NCBI GenBank assembly: GCA_965261595.1
Contig: CBDHDG010000004.1
Location: 96,001-160,000, forward strand
From: a bacterium
GTDB taxonomy: Bacteria; UBA8248; JACPRG01; G963555815
Direction of reading: 5' to 3'
Length of the DNA: 64,000 nucleotides
Shown here: one piece after another, positions 28,820-39,463 of the stretch
How the letters are laid out: every line of letters begins with the position of its first letter
How positions within the stretch are numbered: position 1 is the first letter of the stretch
The notes under the pieces: model-generated
What the model saw: only the letters and a program-made list of their open reading frames with translations
Told to the model about the DNA's origin: nothing
The model's database searches: none
Translations under genes and position numbers: made by a program

Positions 28820-29499
28820 CGCTGGGAGCCGCCGCGTGGCTCGCCGCCGGCCCGGTTGTCTCCGCTCAGGCTCAGAGCCGGGCGCTGGACGCCGTCGTGG
28901 ACGGCGTTCAGGACCGCTACCAGAAGACCCACTTCTTCCAGGCCCGGTTTCAACAAACGTCCACCTTGGCCTCATTGGACGAGAAACAGGAATCTCGCGG
29001 CCGGGTCTTTATCCGCAAGCCGGGAATGATGAGATGGGTCTATGAATCCCCAGAGAAGCAGCTTCTCGTGAGCGACGGCCTGAATTACTGGGTCTACACG
29101 CCGCGGCAAAAACAGGTCATTATGACCCGTTTCGGCGACGCATTTCGATCAAAGACGCCGCTCGCTTTTCTGGCCGGCAATGGAAAGATTCGAGATGAGT
29201 TCAACATCCGGTTCGCGAAGAAACCGCCGAAAGCCGGGGACGGACTGTCCGCCGTTCATCGTCTGGTTCTCACGCCCAAGGCGGCGCATCCCGGTTTGAA
29301 GGAAATCCTGCTGGAGGTTCGCAAGGAGGATTTTCTGATTGTCCGCAGCGCCTTGATCGACCCGTTCGGAAATATCACGGACATCCGCTTCAAGGAGATC
29401 CGCGTGGATAAGATCCCTCCCCTGGAGCTATTCACCTTTCAGATTCCCCCGGGCGTCGAGGTCGTCAGACCGCCCCGCCTGCCGGGGAGTTCCCAGTGA
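28792..29499 (+). CDS. lolA: Outer-membrane lipoprotein carrier LolA family protein
   Basis: Signal peptide, FQARFQQ, KPGMMRWVYESPEKQLLVSDG, FTFQIPPGVEV; TTG start inferred. Confidence 0.88.
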   Translation: MERIQKLVVTLGAAAWLAAGPVVSAQAQSRALDAVVDGVQDRYQKTHFFQARFQQTSTLASLDEKQESRGRVFIRKPGMMRWVYESPEKQLLVSDGLNYWVYTPRQKQVIMTRFGDAFRSKTPLAFLAGNGKIRDEFNIRFAKKPPKAGDGLSAVHRLVLTPKAAHPGLKEILLEVRKEDFLIVRSALIDPFGNITDIRFKEIRVDKIPPLELFTFQIPPGVEVVRPPRLPGSSQ

Positions 29500-29524
29500 T
29501 TCGAGCTGATTTGAGGATCCGCCA

Positions 29525-30673
29525 TTGATCGCGACCATCGTTATTGCCATCTTGATTTTGGGCGTTCTGGTCTTGGTCCACGAGCTGGGCCATTTCCTGG
29601 CCGCCAAGCAGTTCGGCATCGGTGTCGAGAAATTCTCCCTGGGATTCGGCCGGAAGCTCATCGGCATAAAGCGCGGCGAAACCGAGTACATGATTTCTCT
29701 CATTCCGTTGGGCGGGTACGTCAAGCTCATGGGTCAGGAAGTGAGCGACTTTCCCGTGAAGAAGCAAGATGGGGATGACGGCGGAGAGACCGACGATGGG
29801 GAGCTCCTTGAGCCGGAGGTTCCGCCCGAGAAGTCCTTCTCCCTTCGCCCCGTCTACCAGCGGCTGTGGGTGGTTCTCGCGGGTCCGGTCTTCAACCTGA
29901 TATTCGCCGTCCTGGTCTTTTGGGGGGTCAGCCTGGCCGGGACGCCGTTTATCGCCCCGTCCATCGCGAAAGTTTTTCCCGGCAAGCCCGCGCATCTCGC
30001 GGGCATGAAGACCGGCGATGAAGTCCTCGCCATCAATGGAAAGCGCGTCAAGCGGTGGGACGATCTCGTGAAGGCCGTGCGCGAATACGGAGAAGGGGCT
30101 CTGGTTTTCAGGATTCGCCGAGGCGACCGGGAGCTGAATCTGAGCATCCGTCCGGAGGTGGTGTCCGGGCGGGGCCTGACGGGAAAGCCTTTTAAACGGA
30201 AAATGATCGGTGTTCAGACCGAGGGCGTCCTCCGGCTCGGCGATTATCCCGAGGGGAAGTCTCCGGACCCCATCACAGCCATGGGCCGGGCGCTGGGGCA
30301 TGTATGGGGGATCATTGCCCAGACCGGACAGGCCGTAGGCTTGATCGTGCGCGGCGTCGTGCCCGTGCGGGAGGCCCTCGGCGGCCCCATCATGATCGGG
30401 GAGCGGGCCGGCTGGCACTGCCAGGCGGGGGGAGTGAACTGCCTCTTTTTCGCCTCTTTCCTGAGCATCAACCTGGCGATCCTCAATCTTCTACCCATCC
30501 CCGTACTGGACGGGGGACACATTTTCTTCTACCTTATAGAGGGGGTCCGGCGGAAGCCGTTGAATCTGAGAACCCGAGAGATCGCTCAACAGGTGGGGTT
30601 CTTCTTTATCATCCTGCTGATGGCCTTCGCTTTTTACAACGACATCATGCGCTTCATGGCGCCCACACCGTGA
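29525..30673 (+). CDS. rseP: Site-2 zinc metalloprotease RseP
   Basis: VHELGH, IPLGGYV, AGPVFN, one PDZ domain, NLLPIPVLDGGH. Confidence 0.95.
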   Translation: MIATIVIAILILGVLVLVHELGHFLAAKQFGIGVEKFSLGFGRKLIGIKRGETEYMISLIPLGGYVKLMGQEVSDFPVKKQDGDDGGETDDGELLEPEVPPEKSFSLRPVYQRLWVVLAGPVFNLIFAVLVFWGVSLAGTPFIAPSIAKVFPGKPAHLAGMKTGDEVLAINGKRVKRWDDLVKAVREYGEGALVFRIRRGDRELNLSIRPEVVSGRGLTGKPFKRKMIGVQTEGVLRLGDYPEGKSPDPITAMGRALGHVWGIIAQTGQAVGLIVRGVVPVREALGGPIMIGERAGWHCQAGGVNCLFFASFLSINLAILNLLPIPVLDGGHIFFYLIEGVRRKPLNLRTREIAQQVGFFFIILLMAFAFYNDIMRFMAPTP

Positions 30674-30680
30674 GGACGTT

Positions 30681-31868
30681 GTGACGGGGATTATGGAAAA
30701 AAGTCGCACGACCAAACCGATCTTCGTGGGGAGCGTCCAGGTGGGCGGCGGCGCCCCGGTGATCGTGCAGTCCATGTGCGACACGGACACGCGTGACACC
30801 CTGGGCACCATGCGCCAGATCAACGCCCTGGAGGAGGTCGGCTGCGAGATGGCCCGCGTTGCCGTTCCGGACCTGGACGCGGCCCGGTGCATCCGGACCC
30901 TGAAGGCGGGGACCGGCATCCCGCTCATCGCGGACATACACTTCGATTACCGCTTGGCCCTTGAAGCCCTGAAGGGGGGGATCGATTGCCTTCGGATCAA
31001 CCCGGGCAACATCCGTGCCATGGGAGGAGGGGAGCACAAGGTCGAGGAGCTGGCCCGGGCCTGCAATGACCTGGGGACGCCCATCCGGGTCGGCGTCAAC
31101 GCCGGCTCGTTGGAAGTCGAGCTCGTGGACAAGTACGGCGGTCCGACGGCCGAGGCGATGGTGGAGAGCGCGCTGCGCCACGTCGAGCTATTGGAAAGAT
31201 ACAACTTCGACATGATCAAGATCTCCCTGAAGGCGTCCGACGTTTGGCGAACTGTCGAGGCGTACCGGCTCATCGCCGCCAAGGTGGATTATCCCCTTCA
31301 CCTGGGCGTGACCGAGGCGGGCGCCCACGTCACGGGGGCGATCAAAACCACCGCCGCCTTCACGATCCTTTTGACCGAGGGAATCGGCGACACCCTTCGC
31401 GTTTCGCTGGCCGCCAGCCCCCTGGAGGAGGTCAAGGTCGGCTACGAGATCCTCAAATCGCTCGAGCTGCGCCATCACGGCGTCAACGTTGTGGCGTGTC
31501 CCACCTGCGGGCGGATTCAGATTGACGTGGAGGACCTCGCCAACCGGCTGGAGAAGGGCCTGGCCCACATCAAGTTCCCCATTAGCGTGGCGGTGATGGG
31601 GTGCGAGGTGAACGGCCCCGGAGAAGCCAAGGACGCGGATATCGGCATCGCCGGAGGCAAGGGCGAGGGGATGATCTTCAAGAGGGGAAAAAAGTTTCGT
31701 AAAGTCAAAGAGGCCGATTTCTACGACGTGGTTGTCGAAGAAGTCGAGCAGATGGCCGCTGAAGGCCAACTCGCCGCCCAGCAGGAGTCAGGGGAAACGG
31801 ATGAAGCGCCTCCGTGGGAGCCTCCGCTCCCCGAGGGGATTAAAGTCCGGCTTCCCGTTGTTCCGTAG
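30681..31868 (+). CDS. ispG: HMBPP synthase (flavodoxin/ferredoxin)
   Basis: VQSMC, IADIHF, RINPGNI, RVGVNAGSL, CPTCGR, VMGCEVNGPGEA. Confidence 0.97.
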   Translation: MTGIMEKSRTTKPIFVGSVQVGGGAPVIVQSMCDTDTRDTLGTMRQINALEEVGCEMARVAVPDLDAARCIRTLKAGTGIPLIADIHFDYRLALEALKGGIDCLRINPGNIRAMGGGEHKVEELARACNDLGTPIRVGVNAGSLEVELVDKYGGPTAEAMVESALRHVELLERYNFDMIKISLKASDVWRTVEAYRLIAAKVDYPLHLGVTEAGAHVTGAIKTTAAFTILLTEGIGDTLRVSLAASPLEEVKVGYEILKSLELRHHGVNVVACPTCGRIQIDVEDLANRLEKGLAHIKFPISVAVMGCEVNGPGEAKDADIGIAGGKGEGMIFKRGKKFRKVKEADFYDVVVEEVEQMAAEGQLAAQQESGETDEAPPWEPPLPEGIKVRLPVVP

Positions 31869-32103
31869 ACCGTCGGCGAAGCGCGTATGCGCTTCATGTC
31901 TCGAATGCATTCCGTAGACCACCTCCAATCCGTTGACGGGCCGCTCTCTCAGGTCCCCTTTCACGAAAGCGGTGTAACCGGGAGCTGATGTTCCCGCCGG
32001 ACATTGCTCTCATGGGTTTCTCAACGGCATGCCCTGTATTCGACAGCGAAGCGGATAGGGCTGTGCGAAATTCACGATTCACCCGCCCGACCCGGAGCCC
32101 CGC

Positions 32104-33900
32104 GTGCGTTACTCCCGCATGTTTCTTCCCACCCTGAAAGAAGACCCCGCCGAAGCCGAGGTGGTGAGCCACACGCTGATGGTGCGGGCGGGCCTGATCC
32201 GGCGCGTGGCGGCCGGGGTGTACAACCTCCTTCCCCTGGGCCTCCGCGTTCAGCGGAAGGTCGAGCGGATCGTCCGGGAGGAAATGACCCGGGCAGGCGC
32301 CCAGGAGGTCCTGCTGCCCGTCCTGCTCCCGGCCGAGCTTTGGCGGGAGACCGGCCGGTGGGAGGCGTACGGCAAGGAGTTGATGCGCATCAAGGATCGC
32401 CATGACCGCGAGTTTTGTCTGGGCCCCACGCACGAGGAGATCATCACCGACATGGTCCGGCGCGACGTCCGGTCCTATCGGGACCTGCCCCTCAACCTCT
32501 ATCAGATTCAAACCAAGTTCCGGGACGAGATCCGTCCTCGGTTCGGCGTGATGCGGGGGCGGGAATTCACGATGAAGGACGCCTACAGCTTCGACCGGGA
32601 TGAGGCGGGAGCGGAGGAGAGCTACCGGGCCATGTTCGACGCGTACCAGCGGATTTTCACCCGGTGCGGCTTGAGCTTCTCGGCGGTGGAGGCGGATTCG
32701 GGGCTGATCGGGGGGTCGTTTTCGCACGAGTTCATGGTCCACGCCGAAACGGGTGAAGAGGCCGTCACCGTCTGCGACGCCTGCGGATACGCCGCGAACG
32801 CCGAGCGGACGCCGCTGGATGAAGAGGCCGGCGGGGTTTCACCCGACGCGCCGTCTCAAGAGGGGGAGAGGGGGGGAGGCGAAGGCGACGCGCTTGCGGA
32901 GATCGAGCCTCGCAAGGTCCACACCCCCGACGTGACGACGGCCGACGACGTGGCGCGGTTTTTCGGCCGCGGCCTTGACCGGCTTGCGAAAACACTCGTT
33001 TATGAAGCCGACGGCGCACCGCTCGCCGTGATGATACGCGGAGACTTTCAGGTCAATGAGACCAAGCTGAGCCGCCACCTCGGGGCCGCCGAGCTCGTCC
33101 TTGCGGGAGAAGAGGCGACTGTTCGGGTGACGGGGGCGCCGGTGGGATTCGCCGGACCCCTCGGGTTGAAGGAAGAAGTTCCCATTCTTTGCGATTTCAG
33201 CATCAAGGGACAAGAGGACCTTGTCGTCGGCGCCAATGAAAACGACCACCACTTTGAAGGCGTGCGGCCGGGGCGTGATTTCGAGGTGAAGGAATATGCC
33301 GACCTGCGCCAAGCCCAGGAAGGGGATCCTTGTCCCCGATGCCGCGCGCCGTTGCGCATCCTGCGGGGAATCGAAGTGGGGCACGTTTTCAAGCTGGGGA
33401 CCAAGTACAGCGAGGCCATGGACGCGACGTTTCTGGATGAAAAAGGGGAGGCGCGGCCGCCCATCATGGGCTGCTACGGAATCGGCATCGGGCGGACCGT
33501 GGCCGCCGCGATTGAGCAGAATCACGATGAAAACGGAATCATCTGGCCCGGCCCCATCGCCCCCTTCCACGTCATCCTGATCCCGATCAGCGTCAAAGAC
33601 GAATCGGCCGCGAGGGCGGTGGAAGGAATCTACGCCGCATTGTGCGAAGCTTCCGTCGAAGTTCTGTTGGACGACCGGGACGAACGGCCCGGCGTGAAAT
33701 TCAAGGACGCGGACCTGATGGGCGTCCCCTTTCAGTTGATTATCGGTCCCAAGGGGCTGGCCGAAGGCAAGGTCGAGCTGAAAATCCGAAGGGGGGGCGC
33801 GAAAGAGTTCATCGAGTTAGACCGGGCGGCGGAGACGGTTCGCCTGCGGGTGGCTGAGGCCCTTACCCCGGCGGGCGCTGAGGAAGGGGCTATTTCATAG
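32104..33900 (+). CDS. proS: Proline--tRNA ligase (bacterial type with editing insertion)
   Basis: LGPTHEE, QTKFRDEIRPRFG, GIEVGHVFKLG, MGCYGIG, DDRDERPGVKFKDADL. Confidence 0.97.
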   Translation: MRYSRMFLPTLKEDPAEAEVVSHTLMVRAGLIRRVAAGVYNLLPLGLRVQRKVERIVREEMTRAGAQEVLLPVLLPAELWRETGRWEAYGKELMRIKDRHDREFCLGPTHEEIITDMVRRDVRSYRDLPLNLYQIQTKFRDEIRPRFGVMRGREFTMKDAYSFDRDEAGAEESYRAMFDAYQRIFTRCGLSFSAVEADSGLIGGSFSHEFMVHAETGEEAVTVCDACGYAANAERTPLDEEAGGVSPDAPSQEGERGGGEGDALAEIEPRKVHTPDVTTADDVARFFGRGLDRLAKTLVYEADGAPLAVMIRGDFQVNETKLSRHLGAAELVLAGEEATVRVTGAPVGFAGPLGLKEEVPILCDFSIKGQEDLVVGANENDHHFEGVRPGRDFEVKEYADLRQAQEGDPCPRCRAPLRILRGIEVGHVFKLGTKYSEAMDATFLDEKGEARPPIMGCYGIGIGRTVAAAIEQNHDENGIIWPGPIAPFHVILIPISVKDESAARAVEGIYAALCEASVEVLLDDRDERPGVKFKDADLMGVPFQLIIGPKGLAEGKVELKIRRGGAKEFIELDRAAETVRLRVAEALTPAGAEEGAIS

Positions 33901-33999
33901 GCGCGTCCGGTCTTTTTTCCGTCGAGTCCCCGTTTAAATTTCCTTTGAATTTCTACGCCGGCGGTGCTACATTAAGCCTAACTTTGGTATCTTGTGCCG

Positions 34000-34031
34000 G
34001 AGTGGGTCGATGTCGCCCACTCTTTTTTTTT
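34000..34031 (+). terminator. Terminator-like hairpin in the rimP-nusA-infB leader
   Basis: GAGTGGGT-CGATGTC-GCCCACTC followed by T9. Position and GTGGG/CCCAC stem match the hairpin commonly seen upstream of rimP. Confidence 0.8.
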
Positions 34032-34116
34032 GACCTGACCCTCGTCGATGCGGGCTGGGGAAGTCCCGGCCCTGTAAGAAAGTGGACCCTGCCGGGGCGG
34101 GAACGGGGGAGTTCGA

Positions 34117-34590
34117 TTGCTTGCCGGGGAAATGAGAGGCCGGCTCTGGCCCGTCGTGGAACCCATCGTGGAAGAAGAGGGGTTGGAGCTGGTCGAGGTG
34201 GAGTTTATTCACCACAGCGGCTCTTGGGTCTTGCGGATTTACATGGACAGACCCGGCGGGGTGCGGATCGAGGATTGCGCGCGCGTCAGCCGCAGATTGA
34301 ATCCGGTGCTCGACGTGGAAGACCTGATCCCCCACAACTATACGTTGGAGGTGTCGTCTCCCGGCGTTCCGAGGCCGATTCGAAAAGCGCGCGACTTCGA
34401 GCGCCTGTCCGGAGAACGGGCCCGAATCGAGATGGCCCTTCCGATGGATGGCCGAAAGCGGTTCACGGGAGAGTTGGCGGGTGTAAGCGGCGGTTCGGAA
34501 CCCGCCGTGGCCTTGGCGTTGGATGACGGAGAAGTGGTTCATCTTCCCCTGACCCGGATCAAGCGGGCGCACCAGGAAATCGAGATTTAG
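34117..34590 (+). CDS. rimP: Ribosome maturation factor RimP
   Basis: GLELVEVE, LRIYMDRPGGV.IEDC, YTLEVSSPG; first gene of the nusA operon. Confidence 0.95.
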   Translation: MLAGEMRGRLWPVVEPIVEEEGLELVEVEFIHHSGSWVLRIYMDRPGGVRIEDCARVSRRLNPVLDVEDLIPHNYTLEVSSPGVPRPIRKARDFERLSGERARIEMALPMDGRKRFTGELAGVSGGSEPAVALALDDGEVVHLPLTRIKRAHQEIEI

Positions 34591-34646
34591 GCGGTGGTTG
34601 CGCGATGCCCTGAGGCATCCGAAAGCCTTTGCAGGAGAGAAACACC

Positions 34647-36233
34647 GTGAACCAGGAGCTCATGCTCGTATTGGGTCAAATCCAGCGCGAAAAAGGCATC
34701 GACCAGGAGGTGCTCATCGAAGCCATCAAATCCGCCGTCGTGTCGGCTTCCCGCAAATGCTACGGTCCGACGGCCGAGATCGACGCCACCTTCGATTCGG
34801 AGACCGGCTCGATGGACGTGTTTTGTCATAAAACAGTCGTCGACGAGGTGATCGACCCGGACTTGGAAATCTCTCCGGAAGAAGCCGGCGACTACCTTGA
34901 AACCCCCGCGCTCGGGGATGTGGTCGATATCCCGATTCCCTATGCGAGCTTCGGCCGTATCGCCGCCCAGACGGCCAAGCAGGTTATTTTGCAGCGCGTC
35001 CGCGAGGGCGAGCGGGAAATGATCTACGAGGAGTACAAGGACCGTGAGGGAGAGTTGATCAACGGGACCGTCTCCCGTGTTGAAAAGGGGACGATCTACG
35101 TGGACATGGGAAAGGGGGAGGGCGTGCTTCCCCGGAGGGAGCAGGTGTTCCGCGAGGTTTACCGGCGGAGCGATCGGATCCGGACGTACCTGTTGGAAGT
35201 CCGCCAGGCGACCCGAGGCCCGCAGATCATTCTCTCCCGCACCCACCCCGGTCTGGTCCTGCGGCTATTCGAAATCGAAGTCCCCGAAATTTATGAAGGG
35301 ATTGTGGAAATCAAGATCGCGGTCCGAGAGCCCAGCGGCCGGACGAAGCTCGCGGTGGTCTCCCATGACCGGGACGTAGACCCGGTTGGGGCCTGTGTCG
35401 GCATGAGGGGTTCCCGCGTCCAGGCCATCGTGCAGGAGCTTCGGGGGGAGAAGATCGACATCATCCTCTGGTCGGAGGATATCCAAACCCTCGCTGCCAG
35501 CTCTTTGAGCCCCGCGAAGATTTCACGAATTATCCTGGAAGAGGCTGATAACACGATGACCGTCGTAGCGCCGGACGATCAATTGTCGCTGGCCATCGGC
35601 AAGGGAGGCCAAAACGTCCGGCTGGCCGCGAAGCTGCTCAAGCGGCGAATCGACATCAAAGGCGAGACCGAATACCAGGCCGAGCAACTGGAAAGGGCGG
35701 ATTTGCTTCTCTCCGGGGGCCGGTCGACCACCCCGTTGACGGAATTAGAGGGTCTCGGGCCTCGAACGGCCAGTCTTCTCGAAGAGCATGGAATCAAGAA
35801 TATCGAGCAGCTCAAGGAGGCTTCGCCGGAGACGATGGTCGAGATTCCGGGAATCGGCCAAAAAATCGCGGAGGCCCTCATCGCCCGCGCACATGCGTAC
35901 ATCGAGGAGCACGCCCCGCCCGAGCCGGAAGAGCCGGAGGCTGGAGAGGATGAGGCCGCCGAAGAGGCGTCCGTCGATGAGCAGGCGACACCGGAGGACC
36001 TTGCGCCGGAAACCGGGGAAGGGAATGCGGAGGCCTCGAGCGAGGTTTTGCCGTCTGAGACCGAGAATCCGGCATCCGGAGAGGAAGAAGAGAAGCCCGG
36101 ACAACCGGTGCCCGCGTCGGCCGCGCCTGAAGCTTCGGCCGGGGATGCCGAGGCTGAAGTCGCCCCGGAAGACGCTTCCCAGGGAGAAGATCAACCGGCG
36201 CAACCCGACTCGGAGGCGAAAGAAGAGGCGTAA
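34647..36233 (+). CDS. nusA: Transcription factor NusA with long acidic C-terminal tail
   Basis: FGRIAAQTAKQVI, EVPEIYEG, DPVGACVGMRGSRV, AIGKGGQNVRLA; GTG start after AGGAG. Confidence 0.97.
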   Translation: MNQELMLVLGQIQREKGIDQEVLIEAIKSAVVSASRKCYGPTAEIDATFDSETGSMDVFCHKTVVDEVIDPDLEISPEEAGDYLETPALGDVVDIPIPYASFGRIAAQTAKQVILQRVREGEREMIYEEYKDREGELINGTVSRVEKGTIYVDMGKGEGVLPRREQVFREVYRRSDRIRTYLLEVRQATRGPQIILSRTHPGLVLRLFEIEVPEIYEGIVEIKIAVREPSGRTKLAVVSHDRDVDPVGACVGMRGSRVQAIVQELRGEKIDIILWSEDIQTLAASSLSPAKISRIILEEADNTMTVVAPDDQLSLAIGKGGQNVRLAAKLLKRRIDIKGETEYQAEQLERADLLLSGGRSTTPLTELEGLGPRTASLLEEHGIKNIEQLKEASPETMVEIPGIGQKIAEALIARAHAYIEEHAPPEPEEPEAGEDEAAEEASVDEQATPEDLAPETGEGNAEASSEVLPSETENPASGEEEEKPGQPVPASAAPEASAGDAEAEVAPEDASQGEDQPAQPDSEAKEEA

Positions 36234-36301
36234 TCAGTCTCAAGGGTTCGGAACACGTTTTTTTTCAGGAGGTTATCAGGACGGGCCAACGGTCCCGCCT
36301 G

Positions 36302-36310
36302 TGATATAAT
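36302..36310 (+). promoter_or_regulatory. Extended -10 element upstream of infB
   Basis: TGATATAAT (TGn-TATAAT) in the nusA-infB gap. Confidence 0.5.
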
Positions 36311-36341
36311 TCGGAGCGAGAAGCCGAAGATCCCGGAGTCG

Positions 36342-38822
36342 ATGGAGCGTTTGATGGCTGGAATCAAGATTTATGAATTGGCCCGAGAGATCGGGATGCC
36401 GAGTAAGGATTTGGCGGCCTGGGCGCGGGAAGCGGGTTTCTCCGTCAAGACGCACATGAGCTCGGTGGATGAAAAGACCGAGAAAGAGATTCGTGCGGGT
36501 TTGAAAAAAGCCGGGCTTGTCACCGGACCCAAAGCGGGCGCGGCTAAGAAGACTCCGACAAAAAAGCCGAAATCGACAAAGAAGGCCGATCAAAAGAAGC
36601 CCGCCGGCGCGGCCAAGACCCAAGCGAAGACCCCCGCCAAAAAAACCAAGACCAAAGTCAAACCGGCGGATGAAAAGGTCGAAGCCGGCGGCGAGGACGG
36701 GATCGACGAGCTGGAGGCGTTGGAACGCCAGTTGGAGACCTTGGCTGAGCAGGAAGCGGCGCAGGCCCCGCCGAAGGTCGAAACTCCCCTTGAGGAGGCT
36801 TCGTCCAAGCCTCCCCAGCCCGAGGAGCCCGCCGTCGAGGAGCCGGCGGCGGAGCCTGTGATCGCCGAGGTGGCGCCCGTGGTTGCCGAGGCGGAACCCG
36901 AGGTTGTCGAAGAGGCGCCCGTGGTTCTCGAGGCCGAGGCCGAGGCTGAGCCAGAGCCAGAGCCAGAGCCTCCCGCCCCGGTCGAGGAGGAAGCCCCTCC
37001 GGCGCCCCCCGAATCCCCGGCGGGGGAGACCCCTTCACCCGAGGATTCCCCGGAAGCGTCCCCCGTCGAAGCGACAAAGATTAGTCTCCCTGAAGCTCGG
37101 ACCGTCAAGGAGCTTGCCGATCTGCTCGGTAAAACGACCGGCGACCTCCTGATGAAGTTGATGGGCAAGGGGCTCGTCTCCAATGTGAACACATTGGTGG
37201 ACAACCAGACGGCGATGGAATTGGCTCGGGAGTTTGGTTTTGACCCGGAGCTCGCCGAAGCGGAGGTTGACGCCGACATTGAAGAGGACGAAGAGGAGAA
37301 AGAAGAAGACCTCGTTCCGCGTCCCCCGGTCGTCACCGTTATGGGCCACGTCGATCACGGAAAGACTTCCCTGCTCGACGCGATTCGGCAAACCAACGTG
37401 ACGCAAAGCGAAGCCGGAAACATCACCCAGCACATCGGGGCCTATCACGTAACCGTGGACAAAGGAACCATCGTCTTTCTCGATACGCCGGGCCACGAGG
37501 CGTTCTCCGCCATGCGAGCCCGAGGCGCCGAGGTGACCGATATCGTAGTTCTCACCGTCGCGGCCAATGATGGCGTGATGCCTCAAACCCGTGAAGCTGT
37601 TGACCACGCCAAGGCGGCGGGCGTTCCGATTGTTGTCGCCGTCAACAAGATCGACCTCGACAACGCTGACCCGGAGAAGGTCCGGCGGGAGTTGAGCGAG
37701 CTTGGCTTGGCGCCGGAAGAATGGGGCGGTGACACGATTTACGTGAATGTGTCGGCCAAGCAGCGGACGAACATCAGCGGCCTGCTGGAGATGCTCATTC
37801 TTCAGGCGGAGATCATGGAGCTGAAGGCGAATCCCAACCGGAGGGCGAAATGCATCGTCCTGGAAGCCGAGTTGGACCGGGGCCGCGGCCCGGTGGCCAG
37901 GATTCTGGTGCAGCAGGGCTCCCTCAAGCTGGGCGACCCCTTCGTTACCGGCCTGCATCATGGGCGCGTCCGGGCGCTGGTCAACGATGAAGGCCAGAAG
38001 GTGAAGTCCGCCGGCCCCTCCATGCCGGTGGAGGTCTTGGGGTTGTCCGGCCTCCCGCAGGCCGGGGACAGCTTCACGGTCGTGGAGAACGAGCGCCAAG
38101 CCCGCCAGCTCGCCAGCCAGCGGATGCAGCGCCGGCGCCAGGAAGACCGGGGCGCGACGGTTCGGGTCACCCTGGAAGACATCTACCGGGGGGTCCAGGA
38201 GGGTGTGGTCAAGGAGCTTCCCATTGTGCTGAAGGCCGATGCCCAGGGGTCCATCGGGGCCCTTCAAGACGCCCTCGCGGGCCTGGGGGGGGGCGAGGTA
38301 CGCGTGCGCGTGATCCACAGCGCGGTTGGCGGGATCACCGAGTCGGATGTCATGTTGGCCGCGGCCTCCAACGCCCTCATCGTCGGGTTCCACGTCCGTC
38401 CCACCCCGCAGGCGGCCGTGTCCGCCGAACGGGAAAAAATAGAGATCAGGCTCTACAACATCATCTATGAGGCCATCCAGGAGGTTAAGGATGCCCTGAG
38501 CGGACTGCTTGATCCGACCATCAAGGAGACCGTTCTTGGCCGGGTCGAGGTTCGGGAGGTGTTCCACATCCCGCGCGTCGGCTCGGTGGCGGGTTGTTAC
38601 GTGACCGACGGGACCGTTCAGCGCAATGTGTTGGCGCGAATCATCCGTGATAACGTCGTGGTCTATGAAGGGAAGGTCGGTTCTTTGCGCCGCTTCAAAG
38701 AAGATGTGGCCGAAGTCAACAACGGCTACGAATGCGGCATCGGGATCGAAAACTTCCAAGATGTCAAGCAGGGCGACATCATCGAGCCTTATGCCGTGGA
38801 GGAATTGGCACGGACCCTGTAG
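36342..38822 (+). CDS. infB: Translation initiation factor IF-2
   Basis: [47 protein letters not shown]. Confidence 0.98.
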   Translation: MERLMAGIKIYELAREIGMPSKDLAAWAREAGFSVKTHMSSVDEKTEKEIRAGLKKAGLVTGPKAGAAKKTPTKKPKSTKKADQKKPAGAAKTQAKTPAKKTKTKVKPADEKVEAGGEDGIDELEALERQLETLAEQEAAQAPPKVETPLEEASSKPPQPEEPAVEEPAAEPVIAEVAPVVAEAEPEVVEEAPVVLEAEAEAEPEPEPEPPAPVEEEAPPAPPESPAGETPSPEDSPEASPVEATKISLPEARTVKELADLLGKTTGDLLMKLMGKGLVSNVNTLVDNQTAMELAREFGFDPELAEAEVDADIEEDEEEKEEDLVPRPPVVTVMGHVDHGKTSLLDAIRQTNVTQSEAGNITQHIGAYHVTVDKGTIVFLDTPGHEAFSAMRARGAEVTDIVVLTVAANDGVMPQTREAVDHAKAAGVPIVVAVNKIDLDNADPEKVRRELSELGLAPEEWGGDTIYVNVSAKQRTNISGLLEMLILQAEIMELKANPNRRAKCIVLEAELDRGRGPVARILVQQGSLKLGDPFVTGLHHGRVRALVNDEGQKVKSAGPSMPVEVLGLSGLPQAGDSFTVVENERQARQLASQRMQRRRQEDRGATVRVTLEDIYRGVQEGVVKELPIVLKADAQGSIGALQDALAGLGGGEVRVRVIHSAVGGITESDVMLAAASNALIVGFHVRPTPQAAVSAEREKIEIRLYNIIYEAIQEVKDALSGLLDPTIKETVLGRVEVREVFHIPRVGSVAGCYVTDGTVQRNVLARIIRDNVVVYEGKVGSLRRFKEDVAEVNNGYECGIGIENFQDVKQGDIIEPYAVEELARTL

Positions 38823-38827
38823 ATCAT

Positions 38828-39109
38828 ATGGTGATCGGCGTGTGCACCATCGAGTTGAGGATTCACGGGGGCCGGTCGCTGAAAGAGAAAAGACGGGTGC
38901 TTCGAAGCGTGAAGGATCGGATCCGCAACCGGTTCAACGTTTCTATTGCCGAGGTGGGTTACCAGGACAAATGGCAGCGGGCGCTTCTTGGATTCGTCGC
39001 TGTCAGCAACGACCGGAACCACGTCACCGGCTTACTGGAATCGGTCGTCTCCGCGGTCGAGTCCATGGGGGTGGCGGAGATTGTCGATGACGAGATCGAG
39101 ATCCTCTGA
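38828..39109 (+). CDS. DUF503 (YlxP-like) protein
   Basis: SLKEKRRVL...RFNVSIAEV..QDKWQR; lies between infB and rbfA. Confidence 0.9.
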   Translation: MVIGVCTIELRIHGGRSLKEKRRVLRSVKDRIRNRFNVSIAEVGYQDKWQRALLGFVAVSNDRNHVTGLLESVVSAVESMGVAEIVDDEIEIL

Positions 39110-39463
39110 ATGCTGAACCGACGCCCTTTCCGACGCACGGACCGCGTGGCCGACCTGATACGCCGGGAGCTCGCCAATCTGGTTCAGACGGGCCTGAAGG
39201 ATCCCCGGATCGGTTTCGTTTCCATCACGGGGGTGGAGGTCAGTCCGGACCTGAAGCAGGCGAAGGTCTACGTCAGTGTTTATGGCCCCCCCGAGGAGGA
39301 GGCGTCCTCCCTCGAGGGTCTACGGAGCGCGACCGGCTATGTGCGGTCGGTATTGAAGCGCTCGCTTCACTTGAAGCGGATTCCCGAACTGGTTTTTACC
39401 CTGGATGATTCCATCGCACAAGGCGCCCGAATCAATGCCGCTATTGCAAGCCTCAAAGATTAA
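39110..39463 (+). CDS. rbfA: Ribosome-binding factor A
   Basis: RTDRVADLIRREL, KDPRIG, VSPDL..AKVYVS, PELVFTLDDS. Confidence 0.96.
   Translation: MLNRRPFRRTDRVADLIRRELANLVQTGLKDPRIGFVSITGVEVSPDLKQAKVYVSVYGPPEEEASSLEGLRSATGYVRSVLKRSLHLKRIPELVFTLDDSIAQGARINAAIASLKD

Noticed and set aside
31861..32103. ispG-proS intergenic region with an 11-bp repeat (TTCCGTAGACC) and small hairpins as a T-box or ncRNA
   Set aside because: No T-box consensus or terminator recognised; the repeat is too short to interpret.
35900..37080. Acidic Pro/Glu/Ala-rich stretches in the NusA tail and IF-2 N-terminus, including (GAGCCA)n at 36948-36971
   Set aside because: Ordinary low-complexity linkers typical of these proteins.
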